A stretch of 51,156 bases of DNA, from NCBI GenBank assembly GCA_016218805.1, contig JACRCW010000127.1, positions 1 to 51,156 on the forward strand, read 5' to 3'. Made by a program: the position numbers and the translations under genes. The stretch is from Deltaproteobacteria bacterium (GTDB taxonomy: Bacteria > Myxococcota > JACRCW01). Below are positions 48,314-51,156 of the stretch, piece by piece. The notes under the pieces were generated by a model, which worked only from the letters and a program-made list of their open reading frames with translations, ran no database searches and was not told the origin of the DNA. Numbering within the stretch: position 1 is the first letter of the stretch; every line of letters begins with the position of its first letter.

Positions 48314-48425
48314 TGCGCCTCCGCTTCCCCCGGCGCGGCACGCGCGCGCGGCGGAGGTTGCATGGTGCCAAGCCGCCGGGCTGCTGCAATGTCCGATGCA
48401 TGTGAACCCATGTGGTTTGACGCGC

Positions 48426-48737
48426 TCAGCCGCCCACGGTCCGGGTCTTCGGGTCAGCCCACCGCGCAAACTCACGGTGATGCAGGCTGGTGCGGAACTC
48501 CACAATCTCAAACGTGGCCGCGCCCTCCTGCACAAACGGGTCCGTCTGCAGCAGCGCCTCCAGGGCGTCACGCGTCAGCCCGCGGGCCAGGATGACTCCA
48601 CCGGTGCGCGGCAGCTGCCGGCCCGCGGCGGCAAAGGTGCCCGCGCGCAGGTGCGGCTCCAGGAACGCCACGTGGCGGTCCATGAGGCGGTCCACCTCGG
48701 CCAGTGGCTTGGTGTAGCGCAGCAGGACCACGAACAC
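48426..48737 (-). CDS. YciI-family protein
   Basis: MFVVLLRY....EVD....H..FL....AGR..PRTGGVILA....DPF motif. Confidence 0.85.
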   Translation of the reverse strand: MFVVLLRYTKPLAEVDRLMDRHVAFLEPHLRAGTFAAAGRQLPRTGGVILARGLTRDALEALLQTDPFVQEGAATFEIVEFRTSLHHREFARWADPKTRTVGG

Positions 48738-48747
48738 GGCGATGCCC

Positions 48748-49737
48748 TCAGCGGCCGGCTTCCACGCGGTTCTTGCCCGCGCGCTTGGCGGCATACATCG
48801 CCTCGTCGGCGCGGCGGATGACGTCGTCGCGCTTTTCACCGCCGCGGTGGGCGGCAACGCCGATGCTGACGGTGAGCCGGATGCTGGACGCGCCCACTGT
48901 CAGCGTCGCCGCCTCCACGCCCGCGCGCGCCCGCTCCGCCACGCGGATGGCGCGCGCCATCTCCAGGCCGGGCAGCACCAGCAGGAACTCTTCGCCGCCG
49001 TAGCGGATGACGCCGTCACCCACGCGCAGCAGCCCGGAGAGGACCAGCGCCACGCGCCGCAGCGCCTCATCACCCACGGCGTGGCCGTAGCGGTCATTGA
49101 CCTGCTTGAAGTCATCCAGGTCCACCATGATGACGGACACCGGTTCCCCGTCATTGGCGCGCGGCAGCCCCTCCGGGAGCACCAGGTCCAGGCCGCGCCG
49201 GTTCAGCGCCCCGGTCAACGGGTCCACCTGGGACAGGCGCGCCAGCCGCGCCAGTTCCACCTGCGGCGCGCAGATGCCCGCCAGCAGCTCCAGCACGTCC
49301 TGGTCCTCGTCAGAAAAGTGCCCCAGCTCCGGGTGCACCGCGGACAGCACGCCTACGCACACGCGCCCGCTCACCAGCGGCACGCCCAGGAAGCTGCCAA
49401 TGGCCGCCTTCTGGTCCGGGCGCTTGAGGAACCGCGGGTCCTTCTCCGCGTCCCCCAGGCGCAGCGGCTCCAGCTGGCGCGCCACCCAGCCCACCAGACC
49501 CTGCCCCAGTTCAAACTCGCCCAGCGCGTTTTCATGCAGCGGCTCACCCGCGCGCACGGTGGCAATCAGCTTCTGACCGGTGGGGTCCAACAGGCGCACG
49601 CTGGCGCGCTCCACGCCCAGCACGCGCGCCGCTGTGTCCGCAATGGCCTGCAGCATCTGCTCCAGGGTCAACGGCTGCTGGAGCCGCCGGGTGAGCCCGG
49701 ACAGCTCGCGGATCTGCGTCCCGTTCATGGCATTCAC
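48748..49737 (-). CDS. GAF-GGDEF diguanylate cyclase
   Basis: GAF domain (GQGLVGWVA, DPRF, GVPL), DPLTG..NRR, DLDDFKQVND.YGH, RYGGEEF with an RVGD I-site. Confidence 0.95.
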   Translation of the reverse strand: MNAMNGTQIRELSGLTRRLQQPLTLEQMLQAIADTAARVLGVERASVRLLDPTGQKLIATVRAGEPLHENALGEFELGQGLVGWVARQLEPLRLGDAEKDPRFLKRPDQKAAIGSFLGVPLVSGRVCVGVLSAVHPELGHFSDEDQDVLELLAGICAPQVELARLARLSQVDPLTGALNRRGLDLVLPEGLPRANDGEPVSVIMVDLDDFKQVNDRYGHAVGDEALRRVALVLSGLLRVGDGVIRYGGEEFLLVLPGLEMARAIRVAERARAGVEAATLTVGASSIRLTVSIGVAAHRGGEKRDDVIRRADEAMYAAKRAGKNRVEAGR

Positions 49738-49884
49738 CCTGGCCTCACGGCAGGAGTCTCCCCGGCCGGCGCCCGCCCGTGCAAGGCCAGTGCGGGTGTG
49801 AAGGCCGGCCCCGCAGGCGCGCGCGCTGGTTAAGGAAAGTCCTGGAAAACCCGTTCAACGGATTGCCTGCACGTCGCCGTCCGG

Positions 49885-50883
49885 TCAGGCGAACACGTCC
49901 TGCAAGGCCGCGGCGGAGACCAGCCGGCGCGCCCACTGCTCCACGTCCGCCGACCCGCCGCTGTCCACGCGCTGGGTGACCCACGCAGGCAACTCGCCGA
50001 ATCGTGCGCTGAGGAGGGTGAGCAGCAGCGCGCGCTGACCCTGCTGGACGCCCTGCTGGACGCCCTGCTGGAGGCCCTGTTGGAGGCCCTGTTGGCGTCC
50101 CTGCTCAATGAGTTGCTGGCCTGCGGTCACAATGGCCTCCTCCACCCGTGGGTCCAGCAGGGCGCGCGCCGTTTCCCGGAGGCTCACCACCGACACGCGG
50201 CTGCTGACTTGGATAATGTACCGCAGCACCACGGCCAACGCATCCGTGCCTGCCGGCGCGTGGACCACCTGCTGCAGAAGGTCCAGCCACTGGCCAATGA
50301 CCTGGTCCACGTCGCCGCGGGCGTGCTTGAGGGCCAGCAGCACCAGCGTGGGCAGTGAGGCCATGGCCCGCCGCCGGAGGTCATCGTCAGAGACGTGCCC
50401 CAGATCCTCCAGGATGAAGCGCAAGGACGGCAGGTGCGCGCGCGCTTCGCCGAGTGTCGCGGCATCCAGGTCCAGCGCGGCGTGCAGGTCCGTGGGGGCG
50501 TGCCACCGGTCCGTGCCGTGGAAGAGGACCACCGGGAGGACGGCGGGCACCCGGGTGGCATCCGCATGGTCGGCCAGCCAGCGGTCCCAGGCGCGCACGG
50601 CATAGCGCAGCAGGCGCAGCGCCATCAGCGGGTCCTCGCTGCTCTGGTGCTCGAACAGCACGTAGAGCAGCGCGGAACCCCCGCCCAGCGTGGTGACGCG
50701 GAACAACAGGTCGCTGTGGCGGGAGGCGAGCTCCTTGTCCACAAAGCTCCCGGGTTCCTGTGCCAGCGACGACCAGTCCAGCCGGGCGGAAAGGCCCGCG
50801 GGAAGAACGGTGCGCAGCACGTCCGCCGCCCGGTCAGGCTGCGAAAACGTCCACTTGAACAGCGCATCGTGCGGGTTGGCCAC
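49885..50883 (-). CDS. Rpn-family recombination-promoting nuclease / YhgA-like protein (PD-(D/E)XK)
   Basis: PHDALFK, SFVD.EL...HSDLLF, LFEHQS.ED..M..RLL.Y, PVV.FHG...W; QQG repeats; DUF4351-like tail. Confidence 0.93.
   Translation of the reverse strand: MANPHDALFKWTFSQPDRAADVLRTVLPAGLSARLDWSSLAQEPGSFVDKELASRHSDLLFRVTTLGGGSALLYVLFEHQSSEDPLMALRLLRYAVRAWDRWLADHADATRVPAVLPVVLFHGTDRWHAPTDLHAALDLDAATLGEARAHLPSLRFILEDLGHVSDDDLRRRAMASLPTLVLLALKHARGDVDQVIGQWLDLLQQVVHAPAGTDALAVVLRYIIQVSSRVSVVSLRETARALLDPRVEEAIVTAGQQLIEQGRQQGLQQGLQQGVQQGVQQGQRALLLTLLSARFGELPAWVTQRVDSGGSADVEQWARRLVSAAALQDVFA
50039..50105 (-). repeat. 12-bp tandem repeats in rpn (QGRQ-QGLQ-QGLQ-QGVQ-QGVQ-QG)
   Basis: CCCTGYTGGASG-like units, about 5 copies. 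Confidence 0.9.
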
Positions 50884-50926
50884 GGCCACCGTTCCCGGCC
50901 CGCCTGGGGCAGGACACCGCCATGAT

Positions 50927-51018
50927 TCAGCGGTGGAACAGCATCTCGCGGTACTTGGGATACGGCCACAGCGCGTCGTCAACCAGCGCCTCCAGCGTGT
51001 CCGCGTCCTTGCGCACCG
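50927..51018 (-). pseudogene. Severed 3' end of a type III glutamine synthetase gene
   Basis: Reads (A)VRKDADTLEALVDDALWPYPKYREMLFHR*, matching the GSIII C-terminal 'LE..VDD..WP.PKY.EMLF'. Similarity stops abruptly at 51019. Confidence 0.8.
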
Positions 51019-51156
51019 CAGGGCGATCGCATTCTGGCTTGGGAACTTGAGAGGGGGGCTGCGTTCCGGAGGGCCGTGAGTCGAGGCAAGGGCGTGTGGC
51101 TCTGAAAAAGGTCAGCGGAAACGATCTGTTGCGTGCGAGGTCAAAGGCGAGTCCTC
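51019..51156. mobile_element. Probable ISAs1-family IS terminus (runs off the right edge)
   Basis: Begins CAGGGCGATCGCAT exactly where GSIII similarity ends; ISAs1 ends typically begin CAGGG. Confidence 0.6.

Noticed and set aside
51019..51156. Group II intron or intein in the GSIII gene
   Set aside because: There is no domain V/VI-like sequence or intein HN-C/S/T junction; the CAGGG end fits an IS better.

Overview
High-GC window with a gene content typical of Myxococcota (inferred). It is bounded on the left by the 3' end of an ISL3-family element and on the right by a probable ISAs1-family end that cuts a type III glutamine synthetase gene, so it may be a whole contig. Core-like genes: lepA-lepB-hemE-hemY; an Oar-like TonB operon (TBDR-tonB-exbB-exbD-exbD) headed by a ~1960-aa thrombospondin-3 lipoprotein; a Ser/Thr kinase; a YkgJ protein; mrp/apbC; a beta-decarboxylating dehydrogenase; an OYE-family reductase; a pseudokinase; YciI; a GAF-GGDEF protein; and an Rpn nuclease with a probable internal RpnS start. 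The most striking unexplained structure is three adjacent accessory modules between 21.7 and 38.6 kb, each enclosed by direct repeats of local sequence with no integrase in view. (i) An L-domain lipoprotein and a 1841-aa FG-GAP/hydrolase/C-lectin/HYR protein lie inside a ~67-bp repeat and a 9-bp outer duplication. (ii) hicBA and a 2036-aa lipoprotein lie inside a degenerate copy of the mrp 3' end. (iii) brnTA lies inside an exact 47-bp copy of a gene 3' end. Also present are a 42-bp hairpin/heptad tandem array, orphan gene tails, a small Cys-protein pseudogene, and strong TCGA avoidance in host genes that is missing from parts of the modules. No tRNA, rRNA or CRISPR array was seen. All calls come from motif recognition by eye; no database searches were run.
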